Shown here: in pieces, positions 52,630 through 62,897 of the stretch
Layout: each line of letters starts with the position of its first letter
Numbering within the stretch: position 1 is the first letter of the stretch
From: an uncultured delta proteobacterium
GTDB taxonomy: Bacteria > Myxococcota_A > Polyangia > Polyangiales > B10-G4
Assembly: GCA_963727445.1 (NCBI GenBank)
Contig: CAVSGI010000004.1
Location: 192,001 to 256,000 of the forward strand
Direction: 5' to 3'
DNA: 64,000 nucleotides
Translations under genes and position numbers: made by a program
Notes under the pieces: model-generated
The model's input: the letters and a program-made list of their open reading frames with translations, nothing else
The model's database searches: none
Told to the model about the DNA's origin: nothing

Positions 52630-53484
52630 ATGTGCAGGCTCTTCGGCTTTCGTAGCGTGATTCAGAGCCAGGTGCACCGTTCGCTGGTGAAGGCGGACAA
52701 TGCACTCGGTCAGCTGAGCACCGATCATCCCGACGGTTGGGGAGTCGCCTATTATGTCGACGGCGCGCCCCACGTGACGCGCAGCCCCACCGCCGCGATC
52801 GACGACCACATCTTCCATCGCGTGAGCGGCATCGTCGCCTCGGAGACGGTGATCGCGCACGTGCGCAAGGCCACCGTTGGTGGGCTCAACGTCCTGAACT
52901 GCCATCCCTTCCAATACGGGCGCTGGGTCTTCGCCCACAACGGAGAGATCAAGAAGTTCGACCAGAGCCGCAAGAAGCTCCGCGAAGAAGTGGCTCCCAA
53001 GCTTCGGCGCTTCATCCTCGGCGACACCGACTCCGAGGTGATCTTCTTCCTCTTCTTGAGCGAGCTCTCGAAGTACGGACCGCTCTCGAACAAGTTCTCC
53101 ATCGACGAGGTGGTCGAGGCGCTTCGAGAGACGGTCGCCAAGGTGAGGCAGGTCTGCGACGGCGAGGCGAAGGAAGACAAGGCGCTCCTCACCCTGATGG
53201 TCACCGACGGGGCGACCATGGCCGCGACCCAGGGCGGCAAGGAGCTCTTCTGGTCGACCTACAAGACGCGGTGCGGCGACCGCGACAGCTGCCCCAGCCT
53301 CTCCCCCGAGTGCGAGGCGCCCACCGAGAGCGGCTTCGTGAACCACCTGATCTTCTCCAGCGAGCCGATCGAGGGCGAGAACATCTGGAACGAGATGGAG
53401 CACGGCGAGGTCGTCGGCGTCGACTGGCGGATGCGCCTCGCACGCTTCCATCTCGAAAAGAAGAAGCTCGAAGTCGTGGCGTGA
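52630..53484 (+). CDS. Class II glutamine amidotransferase (EgtC/YafJ-like)
   Basis: MCRLFG, HPDGWG, AHVRKAT, NCHPF, FAHNG and GDTDSE. Confidence 0.88.
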   Translation: MCRLFGFRSVIQSQVHRSLVKADNALGQLSTDHPDGWGVAYYVDGAPHVTRSPTAAIDDHIFHRVSGIVASETVIAHVRKATVGGLNVLNCHPFQYGRWVFAHNGEIKKFDQSRKKLREEVAPKLRRFILGDTDSEVIFFLFLSELSKYGPLSNKFSIDEVVEALRETVAKVRQVCDGEAKEDKALLTLMVTDGATMAATQGGKELFWSTYKTRCGDRDSCPSLSPECEAPTESGFVNHLIFSSEPIEGENIWNEMEHGEVVGVDWRMRLARFHLEKKKLEVVA

Positions 53485-53500
53485 CGCCGCCGGCGCGGCC

Positions 53501-54400
53501 TCAGCGGAGGAGGTAGACGACGGGGACGCGGATCTCGTCGGTGCTCGCGAGCGCGGCGAGCGCAGGCGGCGCGGGGACCCTTCGAAGCGCTCGCGCAGCG
53601 TCCAGGGCCGAGTCGTCGAGGAGCGAGGCGCCCGAGCTGCGCGCGACGCGTACGCCGAGCACGTGGCCGCCATCGCCGATCCTGAGCGCCAGGACCACAC
53701 GACCCTGAAGAGCGTCGCGCATGGCGGCGCGGGGATAACGGACGTGTGACCGGAGGAGGCCTTCGAGGGAGTGCACGTAGCTGCGAAGCGCGCGCCGGCG
53801 GTCGTGGACGCTCGGCCCGCGAGGCGCGGGAGGCGAGCGTCGGGCCGTGCTGCCGGTGCCCGTTCCGCTGCCGCCGCGGCCTGCCGTCGTGGCGACCGCC
53901 ATCCCGCCGGAGCCTTCGGCGAGCGGCGTCACGTCGGGCGTCGTGCTCGCGGGCGCCGGGGCTGCGGGCTCGATCGCCGGCTCCGGTTCGGGCGGTGTTT
54001 CGGCAACGGGCTCGGGCTCCGGCTCGACGATCGGTTCGGGCTCGACGATTGGTTCGGGCTCGACGACCGGCTCGGGCTCGGCGCGCTCCGGTTCCGCGAT
54101 GCGTGGCGCCGGGATCGCGGCTGGCTCGGGCTCGATGACGGGCTCGGGCTCGCTTTCGACCGGGACCTCGGCGACGTCGAGGGGCGCCTCGAAGGGCACG
54201 AGCTCGACGACCATGCTCGATGGCAGATCGAGGGCGAGGCCATCCGTCGGCAGATGCGCGAGGCCGACGCCAAGGGCGCCATGCGCCGCGAAGGACACCG
54301 CGAGCATGTAGGAGAGCGACATGCGCGAGCGCGGGGCGCACGCGGGCGCAGCCCCTTCGGGGGGAGACCAGCGCGCTCGCTCCAACGTGGCCCGTTCCAT
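53501..54400 (-). CDS. Energy transducer TonB-family protein
   Basis: TM helix with SxxxH (SFAAHG), EPEP repeats and C-terminal YPRAAMRDALQGRVVL...SSGASLLDDSAL. Confidence 0.85.
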   Translation of the reverse strand: MERATLERARWSPPEGAAPACAPRSRMSLSYMLAVSFAAHGALGVGLAHLPTDGLALDLPSSMVVELVPFEAPLDVAEVPVESEPEPVIEPEPAAIPAPRIAEPERAEPEPVVEPEPIVEPEPIVEPEPEPVAETPPEPEPAIEPAAPAPASTTPDVTPLAEGSGGMAVATTAGRGGSGTGTGSTARRSPPAPRGPSVHDRRRALRSYVHSLEGLLRSHVRYPRAAMRDALQGRVVLALRIGDGGHVLGVRVARSSGASLLDDSALDAARALRRVPAPPALAALASTDEIRVPVVYLLR

Positions 54401-54415
54401 CTTCACGAGGTGATA

Positions 54416-54432
54416 CTGAAAATGAGTATCAA
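54416..54432. promoter_or_regulatory. Fur-like box upstream of tonB
   Basis: TGAAA-ATGAG-TATCA in an AT-rich patch 16-31 nt before ATG 54400. Confidence 0.65.
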
Positions 54433-54473
54433 GAGCAGAATACAACGCGGCGGGGGAAGATTCGAGCCGAAAT

Positions 54474-55814
54474 TTATGAATCATCCCGGGAATTCACGCG
54501 GACCCACGGATAGCCGAAAAGCGTGTCCTTTTCGGCCGCGAGGTCGGTGGAAGGGTCGATCAGGCGGCGGCTCCGGTGGCCGTTCGTCGAGACGAAGACG
54601 TCGGCGTAGACTTGGACGCGCTCGCCCCGCGCCGCGTGCTCGTCGCGGAGGTGATGGGCGTACTGGAGGATCAGATCGGGCTGGGTCGCCATCTGATGCA
54701 CCTGAGGCGCGGTGAGCTCGCGCGCGGGTGAGATCTCCTCGACGCGGCCGTCTTCGTGGACGACGCGAAAGCTCGCGAGGCCGCTTCGCTCGACGATCAT
54801 GACGTACCAGGACCAGCGAAAGCCCTGCTCGGTCTCGAGCACGTTGCCCGGATAGAGGTGGTGGCGGAGCGGGAGCGCGATCTGGATGGCGAGCCAGAGC
54901 GCGAGCGCATACGTCGCCGGGCGGGCGAGCGCGTGTGGCGTCGTCGACGGTGCGGGCGCTTCGAGTCGGCCGCGCGAGAGCGCGATGGGCCAGTCCGGAT
55001 CGAAGAAGATCGGCGTCAGCGCGATCATGATCCACGGGAACATGCCGATGGGGAACAGGATGCGCGTGACGACGTGGAAGACGATGACGACGACGTACGC
55101 CGCGGTGCGGGTGCGCCGGAGAGAGAGCCAGAGCGGGATCGTGAGATCGAAGGCCGCGCCCCCCCAGCTCATCGCGTACGCGACCCACCCTTGCGCGACG
55201 AGTGGTCCGAGGATCGGCACGTCGCTGCGCGCCGCGAGCCAGATCCCGAGCGGCTCCGCGTGGAAGAGCCAGTCGGGCTCGAGCTTCGCCACGCCCGCGA
55301 AGAAGTAGATGATGCCGAGCTGGGCGCGCAGCGCGAAGACCGCCGCGAAAGGCACCGTGGGGTCGAGGGGTCGGCCGCGCCGGCGCGCGCGCGAGGCGTC
55401 GAGGGAGAGCACGTTCGCGGCGGGCATGACGGCGAGCAGGGCCGCGATGAGGGTGATGGCGTAGTAGTGGTTGAGGTAGGTCGTGACGTCGATCAGCTCG
55501 ACCCAGGCGAAGAGGACGAGGAACGACACGATGGCGACGCGGTAGAAGAGCCCGAGGGCCACCAGGAGCGCGGCCGCGCCCAGGAGCGCGAAGTGCAGGT
55601 ACATGAGCGGCGCGGGCCATGCGCGGACGAAGCCGAAGCCGTAGTACGTGAAGTGAAAGCGCGGCTCCACGTAGAGCGAGTCGATCCAACCGTTGGCCGC
55701 GAAGCGGATCGTCGCCCAGAGCATGACGGCCCCGAAGAGGATCCGGAGCGCCGCGAGGGAATGCCCGGGGACGCGTCGACCCAGGAGCTCCCTCAACCTG
55801 TCGATGGGCGCCAC
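54474..55814 (-). CDS. HTTM / vitamin-K-dependent gamma-carboxylase-like membrane protein
   Basis: SLAALRILFG, YLNHYY, IYFFAGVAKLEPDW, IGMFPWIM, RWSWYVM, QPDLILQYA and VYADVFVSTNG...LIDP. Confidence 0.85.
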   Translation of the reverse strand: MAPIDRLRELLGRRVPGHSLAALRILFGAVMLWATIRFAANGWIDSLYVEPRFHFTYYGFGFVRAWPAPLMYLHFALLGAAALLVALGLFYRVAIVSFLVLFAWVELIDVTTYLNHYYAITLIAALLAVMPAANVLSLDASRARRRGRPLDPTVPFAAVFALRAQLGIIYFFAGVAKLEPDWLFHAEPLGIWLAARSDVPILGPLVAQGWVAYAMSWGGAAFDLTIPLWLSLRRTRTAAYVVVIVFHVVTRILFPIGMFPWIMIALTPIFFDPDWPIALSRGRLEAPAPSTTPHALARPATYALALWLAIQIALPLRHHLYPGNVLETEQGFRWSWYVMIVERSGLASFRVVHEDGRVEEISPARELTAPQVHQMATQPDLILQYAHHLRDEHAARGERVQVYADVFVSTNGHRSRRLIDPSTDLAAEKDTLFGYPWVRVNSRDDS

Positions 55815-55828
55815 GTCGGAGGCCCGCT

Positions 55829-58259
55829 TCAGTACGACAGGCGCAGCCCGACGAATGCCTGGCGCGTCATCCCGGGTTGGATGCCGGCGGGAGCGCGGCT
55901 CGCGATGTAGCGTGCATCGAAGAGGTTTCGGACCTCGCCGAAGACGGTCACGTGCCACGGCGCGTAGGCGTAGGCGACGCGCATGTTCACGACGGTGCGC
56001 GCGCCGATGAGCCCCGCGGTGCCGTCCAGCGTGGGCTCGAGCGAGTTGTAGGGGTCCGCGTACTGCGTGCTCGTGTGGTTCACCGACACCTGCGCCTCGA
56101 TTCCCAGCGGGTGTGCGAAGTCGAGGCGGGCCGACAGCGTGTGCTCGGGCACGTAGGGCACCGTGTTTCCGCTGATGCCCTCGATCCATCCGGAGCCGAA
56201 GTGGGCGCGGGCGAAGGTGTAGGCGACCGTGAGAGGGAGCTCGAAACCGAGCGATGCCGCGGTCGCGAGGTCGCAGCGCGTGCTCGCCTCGAACCCGTAG
56301 GTCGCGGAGCGACCCGCGAGCTGCGCTCCGCCCTCGGCGGTGGTCGTCGCCGCGCTGGGCGGAAGGACCTGCGTCTCGTAGTCCACGAAGAAGGCGGTCC
56401 CTTCGTAGTTCAGCCAGCGCGCCGGCTGGCCCCTGAGGCCCCACTCGAAGTTCCACGCCCACTCGGCCTGCAGGGCGACGTCGCGCCCATAGCCGAGGAT
56501 CGCGTCGCGCACGCCCGGTGGAACGAAACCGCGGTGCACGCCGCCGTAGGCTGCCAGCCCTTCGTCGACCCTCAAGGTCGCGCTGACGCCGGGGATCACG
56601 GCGACCGTCGGTCGGCTGGGCGCTCTGGGGAGGGTCGAAGGTCGTCACCGCCGGAAGCTCGTAGGTGCCATCGATGACGCCGCCGGGATCGGAGACGGCG
56701 CGGCTCACCTGGATCGAGGAGAACATGCTCTCGATGCGCACGCCGGGTGCGATCTCGAAGTGCCGGTCGAAGAACTCGAAGGTCGGGCGCAGATAGGCGG
56801 CGAGGGCGAGGACGCTGCGGGTCTGTTGTCCCTGGATGTCGCCGGTGCGTGCGTTGGGTGAGACGCCAGCGACGTCCAGGTCGTCCCCCTGTTCGTAGTG
56901 AAGGCGCACGCCACCGATGATCTCGCCAGCGACCGCGCCCAGGTCGTAGCTCGCGGTCACCCGCGGTTCGACGCCGGCGACCGTGTAGCGGCGGAGACGC
57001 CCGACGTTCGAACGCAGGAAGTAGACGGAGGAGCCGTCATTCGAGCCCGTGCCCGTCGCGGGGAGGACGTTTCCGAAAGGGTCGATGATGCGGTCGACGT
57101 CGGCGCCGGTCGCGCTGGTGCGGAGAAAGTCCTGGCGCCACCAATCGCGTGTCGTGAGGTTGAAGTAGCCGGTGGTCGCGAGGGTGACGTCGCGCGTCAG
57201 CTCGACCTGATGGGAGAGCTGGGCGGCGTAGCGGCGGATGGGGAAGCGGTCGTTCTGAGCGAAGTTTTGGAGGGCGCCGTTGTCGAACTGGAGCGTGGTG
57301 AGCCCGAGGTTCGTCGAGGTGCTGTCCTCGTCGTAGAACTGGAGCTTCACGCGGAGCTCGCCGGCGTCGTGGAGGTCGAGCGCGAGCCGACCCATGACGT
57401 CGGTCTGTCCCAGCCCCAGATGACGCGGGCCCTGGAAGCGCTGGTGCATCGCGGTGATCAGGTAGCCGACGTCGCCCACGGTGTCACCGGCCGAGGCGAA
57501 GCCGAAGTAGTAGCCGTCGGTGCCGAAGCGCGCCTCGCCGCGGAGGCTGAGCTCTGCGGGCGGGGCGAGGGTGACGAAGTTCACGACGCCGCCGATGGTG
57601 CGCGGCCCGTAGAGGATCGACGCCGCGCCACGCACGACCTCCACGCTCCGCATACGCTCGATGCGCGGCGCCACGTAGAGCTCCGGGTAGTCGTAGGGCA
57701 TCATCTGGATCGGGACGCCGTCCTCGAGGACGAGCACGTTGCGACTGCGATCGGACGAGAGGCCGCGGAAGCCGATGTTGGGGCGCAGCCCCATCCCCTC
57801 CTCGTCCCGCACCTGAACGCCGGGCACGCGGCGCAGGACATCCGACACGCTGACGGGCTGCTGGCGCTCGAGCTCGGTCTCGGAGACCGAGAACGCGGGC
57901 ACCGGCGCTTCGTCCGGATCGATGAGCCTGCCGCCGACGACCACGATGTCGCTCGTCTCGTAGTCGGCCTCGTCGAATTCGAAGTCGTCCTCGGCGTAGT
58001 CGTCCTCGGCGTAGTCGTCCTCGTAGAGGTCGTCTTCGTCCGTCTCCGAGTCCGTCTCCGAGTCCGAGTCCGTCTCCGAGTCCGAGTCCGTCTCCGAGTC
58101 GGTCTCCGTCTCCGAGTTCGTCTCGGAGTTCGTCTCCGAGTCGGTCTCCGTCTCCGAGCTCGCGCCCGCGCCCCCCTCCTGCGCCGAGGCGGGGGACGTA
58201 CAGGCGAGCGATGCGATGACGAAGAGGACGGGCGCCGCGAGGCGTGGGCGGCGCGTCAC
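55829..58259 (-). CDS. TonB-dependent receptor, FecA-like (frameshift near 56607)
   Basis: Plug LRRVPGVQV...RPNIGFRG...VLEDGVP...EVVRGAASILYGP..GGVVN; C-terminal NLFDARY...PGMTRQAFVGLRLSY. Confidence 0.88.
57985..58160 (-). repeat. Coding tandem repeats (12/18-bp SETD-type units and 15-bp DDYAE units) in the receptor N-terminus
   Basis: GTCCGTCTCCGA-type units repeated ~8 times and GTCGTCCTCGGCGTA twice. Confidence 0.8.
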
Positions 58260-58273
58260 TTCCGAAGACAAGG

Positions 58274-59377
58274 TCAGTCTCCGTCGCTCGGGTTGAAGCC
58301 GAGGCTCACCGCCAGCGTGGCGCCGACCTCGGTCGCCAGCGTGACCTCGAGATCCCCGAGGGCGTCGTAGGCTGCGTCGCCTGCCGCGTGATCGGCACCC
58401 GCCGCGTACTCGGCGAAGGGCTCGGGGAGCGCAGCGACCGCCGCATCGGCCGCGTCGAGCTCTCCGCGGACCCGCTCGGCCAGCGCCGGGTCGCGGGTCG
58501 CGAGGTAGTCGTCGAAATCGTGCGTCGTCCCCATCCAGACGTCGCGGACGCCGGCGAGGTTCGCCGCCATCGCCTCCACCGAGGCGTTGGCGTACGGCGA
58601 CTCCACGTCGTCCGGCAGGGGCGCCGCCATGTAGCCGATCGGCTCGCCGATCTTGTCGACCTTCACGTGGTCGACCAGGGCGGGTAGGGCGGTCAGGAGC
58701 TCGGAGATCGCCGAGAGCTCGGCCGGGTACACGACGTTGCCGGATTGTCCAGCCGTCGCGAGGGTGGACGCGAAGTCGCCCCCGTCGGGGCTCCACGCGT
58801 CGGCGAGGCGGGTGCTCGTGCGCGCGACGTGGTCGGTCAGCGCCGCGAGGTAGGCGCACCGCCGCATGTCCGCCAGGGCCGTCATGGTCGTGGATTCGTC
58901 GTCAGCGAAGAGCAGGTACTCGAGCGCGAACAGGCCCTTGCTCCCTCCACCGAGCGCATCGACGTAGGCGGCGTCGATCGCGTCCGTGCCCGCGATGTTC
59001 GCTTCGATGGCGGTGGGATCGGTCGGGGCGAAGGACATCTCTGGCCCGAGGTTCATTTCGTCCGCCGGCCCGAAGCCGTAGGCGAGGGTGCGCTGCCATG
59101 ACAGGAACGCGTCGCGCCACGCGCCGCGCAAGGTGGCGAGAGAGGCCGCGTCCGGCGCTCCGCAGAACGCGGTCGCAGCGTCGTCGAGGGCGGACGCTTG
59201 CATCTGCACCGACGCGTAGCCCGGCACGATCACCTCCGTGCTCACCTCGGAGAGCAGCGCCGCGCGGTCGTAGGGCGGCACGCTCGGCTCGCTACACCCG
59301 GCGGCCGAAAGGGAGATGACGAGGGTGAGCATCGGAAAGGAAGAAGAATGGGGCATCGTGATGTCGGGCTTTCTCAT
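58274..59377 (-). CDS. Imelysin-family lipoprotein (no HxxE motif)
   Basis: AAGC lipobox; WRDAFLSWQ...FGP, KGLFALEYLLF and terminal LGFNPSDGD. Confidence 0.8.
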   Translation of the reverse strand: MRKPDITMPHSSSFPMLTLVISLSAAGCSEPSVPPYDRAALLSEVSTEVIVPGYASVQMQASALDDAATAFCGAPDAASLATLRGAWRDAFLSWQRTLAYGFGPADEMNLGPEMSFAPTDPTAIEANIAGTDAIDAAYVDALGGGSKGLFALEYLLFADDESTTMTALADMRRCAYLAALTDHVARTSTRLADAWSPDGGDFASTLATAGQSGNVVYPAELSAISELLTALPALVDHVKVDKIGEPIGYMAAPLPDDVESPYANASVEAMAANLAGVRDVWMGTTHDFDDYLATRDPALAERVRGELDAADAAVAALPEPFAEYAAGADHAAGDAAYDALGDLEVTLATEVGATLAVSLGFNPSDGD

Positions 59378-60777
59378 AGGGATTCGAGGAAACGGATGAG
59401 GGAATCGCGCTCATCTCTGCTCATCGTCCGAAACGCTTCGCGCGCGGCTTCCGCCTCGCCGCCGTGCCAGAGGATGGCCTCGGCGAAGCCGCGCGCGCGT
59501 CCGTCGTGGAGCAGGAACTGATGATGGACGACGGTGTCGAGGAGGCCGATCCCCCAGAGCGGGGGGGTGCGCCACTCGGTGCCCGTGGCTTCGTAGTCCG
59601 GGCGGCCGTCCGCGAGCTCCTCGCCCATGTCGTGCAGGAGCACGTCCGTGTACGGCCAGATGCGCTGGTTCGAGAGCGCCGCCACTTCGTGGTCGCCCGT
59701 CGTGAACGACGGGACGTGACAGTCCGCGCACCCCGCGCTGCGGAAGAGGGCGCGGCCTTCGAGCACCACGGGCTCTTTCGGGTCGCGGCGCCCCGGCACC
59801 GCGAGCGTTCGGCCGTAGAAGACCATCGCGTCGAGAACTTCGTCGCTGGCTTCCGTCGGCCCGCCGTCGGGCGCCGCAGCGCATTCTGCTTGTGCAGACG
59901 TGCACTCCTGCTCCGGAAAGAGCGAAGTCGTGATGCCGATGTCGCCGTGAAGCGCACCCGCGGTCTGCGCGAGGATGCTGGGCACGTTCGCCTTCCATCC
60001 GAAGCGGCCGAGCGCGGTTGCGCCCAGGCTCGGGTCCCAGACGTGGTTGGGTCGGCCCGAGATCCCGTCCCCGTCGGCGTCGTCGGGATCGGCGTTCGCG
60101 ACGATGTCGGCCTCGGCGATCGCCTCGAGGAGCCCGAGCCCGTACTGCGGCGCAGCGACGCGCGCCGACTGCATCGCGCCGTCGCCCATGGGCCCGAAGG
60201 CCAGCGAGGAGATCTCGATGTGGGGGCGCCTCAGGGAGTAGCCGGTTCCGTCGCCATAGGTGCCGGGCACCTCCTCCCAGGTGACGCGCGTCGCACCTTC
60301 TGCCGGGATGCCCATGATGCTGCGGGGCTGCAGCTGGCCGCCGTAGGTCGGGTCGGGGAGCGGGCCGCCATGCGCGTCCTCGCCGGGGACGCTCAGACGG
60401 ATGAGCATCGAGAGCATCTCTTCGTCCGGACCGGGGGGCTGGCCGCGTCCATCGCGCTGGTGGCAGGCGGAGCAGCTGGTGGCGTTGTACACGGGGCCGA
60501 GCCCATCCCGGGTCATGGTGCTCGACGGTGCGACGACCCAGTTGTCGCCGTTGAAGTTGTTGCCGACCTCGAAGGTGCCGACCTCGTCGAAGCTGAGGTT
60601 GGCCGCGGGCCGCGTGTAAGCGTCCTCGGACGTGTCGAAGACGGTGGTCTCTCCGCCCGAAAGCTCCTCGCCTCGTTCGTATCCGGAAGCGCTGCTGCAG
60701 GCAGCCGACCAGAGCGCCGCGAGTGTCGCGATACGCGCGAAGGTGCGCGCGGTGTTCGATGGACGTTCCACGTTCAT
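59374..60777 (-). CDS. Di-heme oxidoreductase (DHOR/DUF1111) family lipoprotein
   Basis: LSGGETTV, DGLGPVYNATSCSACH, YGGQLQ, GRFGWKA, CADCH, WRTPPLWGIG and LHDGRAR. Confidence 0.9.
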   Translation of the reverse strand: MNVERPSNTARTFARIATLAALWSAACSSASGYERGEELSGGETTVFDTSEDAYTRPAANLSFDEVGTFEVGNNFNGDNWVVAPSSTMTRDGLGPVYNATSCSACHQRDGRGQPPGPDEEMLSMLIRLSVPGEDAHGGPLPDPTYGGQLQPRSIMGIPAEGATRVTWEEVPGTYGDGTGYSLRRPHIEISSLAFGPMGDGAMQSARVAAPQYGLGLLEAIAEADIVANADPDDADGDGISGRPNHVWDPSLGATALGRFGWKANVPSILAQTAGALHGDIGITTSLFPEQECTSAQAECAAAPDGGPTEASDEVLDAMVFYGRTLAVPGRRDPKEPVVLEGRALFRSAGCADCHVPSFTTGDHEVAALSNQRIWPYTDVLLHDMGEELADGRPDYEATGTEWRTPPLWGIGLLDTVVHHQFLLHDGRARGFAEAILWHGGEAEAAREAFRTMSRDERDSLIRFLESL

Positions 60778-62015
60778 TCCCCGGAGTCGTCGATGCGAAG
60801 GTCGATGCCGAAGAGCGCGGCGATGTCCTGTACCGACGTCGTCACGGCCCCGAGGTCCAGGTAGACGGCGTCGAGGGCCTGGCGCCCTGGCGCATCGTCG
60901 GTGCCGAGGATCAGCGCGTCGAAGGGGCAGCTGCCCTCGAGGGTCGCGCTCGGGCATCCCGCGACCTCGGGCCAGGCGCGCACGTCGTCGAGGGCTTTTT
61001 GGATCTCCGCGCTCACGCGCGCGTCGAGCTCCGGATCGCGCGCGCGGACCAGGTCCGAGAGGCTCGGGCCATCGACCTCGGTCCCGTCCGTGCGTGTGTA
61101 GTGACCGTGGTAGAGGTTCGAAATGCCGAGGACGTCGTTCTCCAGATCGGCGTTCGTCGTGTCGCTGAAGCACGAGTGCTCGTCGTTCTGATCCTTCGTC
61201 GTGTAAGCCACGCGGATCCGCTGTCCGGCGAGCTCGGGCCCGGCGAGGGTTCCCATCCCGACCAGCACCCGCCTGAGGGCCTCGCGCGGATCCGACGCGA
61301 GGAAGCGCGCGCGGTAGTTCGTGTCGTCGCCCGGGGCCCAGGCGTCGCGGATCTGTGTCAGGTCGTCGACGAGGAGCTGACTCGCCACGTCGAGATACGC
61401 GCCGCGCCGATCGGCGTTCGCCGCTATCCCGTCGACGTAGTCCGTGTACGGCCGGTCCCCCGGACCGTCGGCGTCGAAGTCCTGGCCCCAGAGCAGGAAC
61501 TCGATCGCGTGATAGCCGGTGGTGACGTTCTCCTCGCCAGGCATCATGTTTCGCTGGGCGAGGAGCTCGGCCGTGATGTCCGGGACGTCCTCCGGGCTGT
61601 TGATGATGCCCCCGTCGATGGGCATGCCGTCGGCGCCCCGGACGTAGTCGATCGTCGCCTCGTCGAGGGGCCATGCGTTGATCAGCGCCTCGAGGTTTCC
61701 ACGCTCCGGATCGTCGATGGGGCCGTCGTAGAAGCGGGCGATCTCGGTCTGCTGGTAGGGCACCCGCGCAAGGACCCAGCGCGTGCGCGCCATCGCGAGC
61801 GCCGCGTCGGTGGCCGCGCCGGACGACAGCGGCATCAGCGCGTCGCGGAGCGCGCTCGCGCTCAGGGCGGAGTCGTCGTAGCCCGCATGCAGCACGTCCG
61901 CGTAGGTCGCGAGCGCCGCGGGTGCGTCCTCGAGGGCGTCTTCAGACGAGCCACAGGCGACGAGGGCCAAGGCCGCCAACACGCCCGGGGAGGCGTTATT
62001 GACTTTGACTTTCAT
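60774..62015 (-). CDS. Imelysin/IrpA-family iron-regulated lipoprotein
   Basis: INAWPLDE, TTGYHAIEFLLWGQD and EHSCFSDTT; LVAC lipobox. Confidence 0.9.
   Translation of the reverse strand: MKVKVNNASPGVLAALALVACGSSEDALEDAPAALATYADVLHAGYDDSALSASALRDALMPLSSGAATDAALAMARTRWVLARVPYQQTEIARFYDGPIDDPERGNLEALINAWPLDEATIDYVRGADGMPIDGGIINSPEDVPDITAELLAQRNMMPGEENVTTGYHAIEFLLWGQDFDADGPGDRPYTDYVDGIAANADRRGAYLDVASQLLVDDLTQIRDAWAPGDDTNYRARFLASDPREALRRVLVGMGTLAGPELAGQRIRVAYTTKDQNDEHSCFSDTTNADLENDVLGISNLYHGHYTRTDGTEVDGPSLSDLVRARDPELDARVSAEIQKALDDVRAWPEVAGCPSATLEGSCPFDALILGTDDAPGRQALDAVYLDLGAVTTSVQDIAALFGIDLRIDDSGE
61999..62015. promoter_or_regulatory. Degenerate Fur-like box at the imelysin start
   Basis: Minus strand TGAAA-GTCAA-AGTCA, with the same TGAAAGTC core as the feoA box. 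Confidence 0.5.
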
Positions 62016-62153
62016 CATCATGTTCATATTCGGAAAACGAGCCGAAGGCAAGCGCTCCTCCGTATCGCCATTTCCCCTGTGTTCACGGGATGATCGAAGG
62101 GCTCCCCCCGAGCGCGATGGCAGCGCTGTCCCCAGCCCTGTACAACCACCCCG

Positions 62154-62897
62154 ATGACCGGGCGCAGCCACCTCGTCCTCGATATCGAGACCGTCCCCGA
62201 TCCCGAGATGCCCTGGGATGGCGCGAAGCAGGGCTTTCCTCCCGCGCCCTTCCACAAGTGCGTCGCGCTCGGCGTGCTCTGGCTCGATCACGACCACCAC
62301 CTGCTCAAGATGGGGGTCTTCGGAGAGAAGACGGAGGGCGGCGAGTCAGGGGCGCCGGTGGACGAGGAGAAGACGCTCTTTGAGTTCGCCAAGTTCGTTG
62401 GCAACAAGAAGCCGCATCTCATCACCTACAACGGGCGACGCTTCGATCTGCCGGTGCTCGCGAACCGCATGCTTCGTTACGGCATCCCCTTCACCGCGTA
62501 CTACTCCGATCGCGACTACCGCTATCGCTACAGCGACCTCGGCCACCTCGACCTCGCCGACATCCTCACCGACCACGGCGCCGCGCAGATGGCGAAGCTC
62601 GACCACGTCGCGCGCCTGGTGGGGATGCCGGGCAAGATGGATGTGGACGGCTCGATGGTGGATCAGCTCTACAAGGAAGGGCGCATCGAGGACATTCGGG
62701 AGTACTGCCTCCACGACGTGGTGCAGACGGCTTTCGTCTTTCTCCGCGTGGAGCTCCTGCGCGGCCGGCTGGCGCGCGAAGCCTATCGCGAGCGCGCCGA
62801 GGCTCTGTGGAACGCGCTCGCGGAGGACGAGCGCGCCCGGCCCGTGCTCGAAGCGGCCGACAAGGCCAAGGTGCTGCTCAGCGAGGAGGCGCCATGA
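62154..62897 (+). CDS. DnaQ-like 3'-5' exonuclease (PolB-exo-related)
   Basis: LDIETVPD, TYNGRRFDLP, HLDL and YCLHDV. Confidence 0.85.
   Translation: MTGRSHLVLDIETVPDPEMPWDGAKQGFPPAPFHKCVALGVLWLDHDHHLLKMGVFGEKTEGGESGAPVDEEKTLFEFAKFVGNKKPHLITYNGRRFDLPVLANRMLRYGIPFTAYYSDRDYRYRYSDLGHLDLADILTDHGAAQMAKLDHVARLVGMPGKMDVDGSMVDQLYKEGRIEDIREYCLHDVVQTAFVFLRVELLRGRLAREAYRERAEALWNALAEDERARPVLEAADKAKVLLSEEAP

Noticed and set aside
57985..58160. Possible CRISPR or non-coding repeat array
   Set aside because: The units are multiples of 3, have no unique spacers and encode the receptor's acidic tract; there are no cas genes.
54474..58859. 1461-aa ORF that looks like a TBDR-HTTM fusion
   Set aside because: It is a chimera. 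The frame leaves the receptor at the ~56607 frameshift and runs through nonsense before HTTM; the real receptor C-terminus is in ORF 55829..56599.
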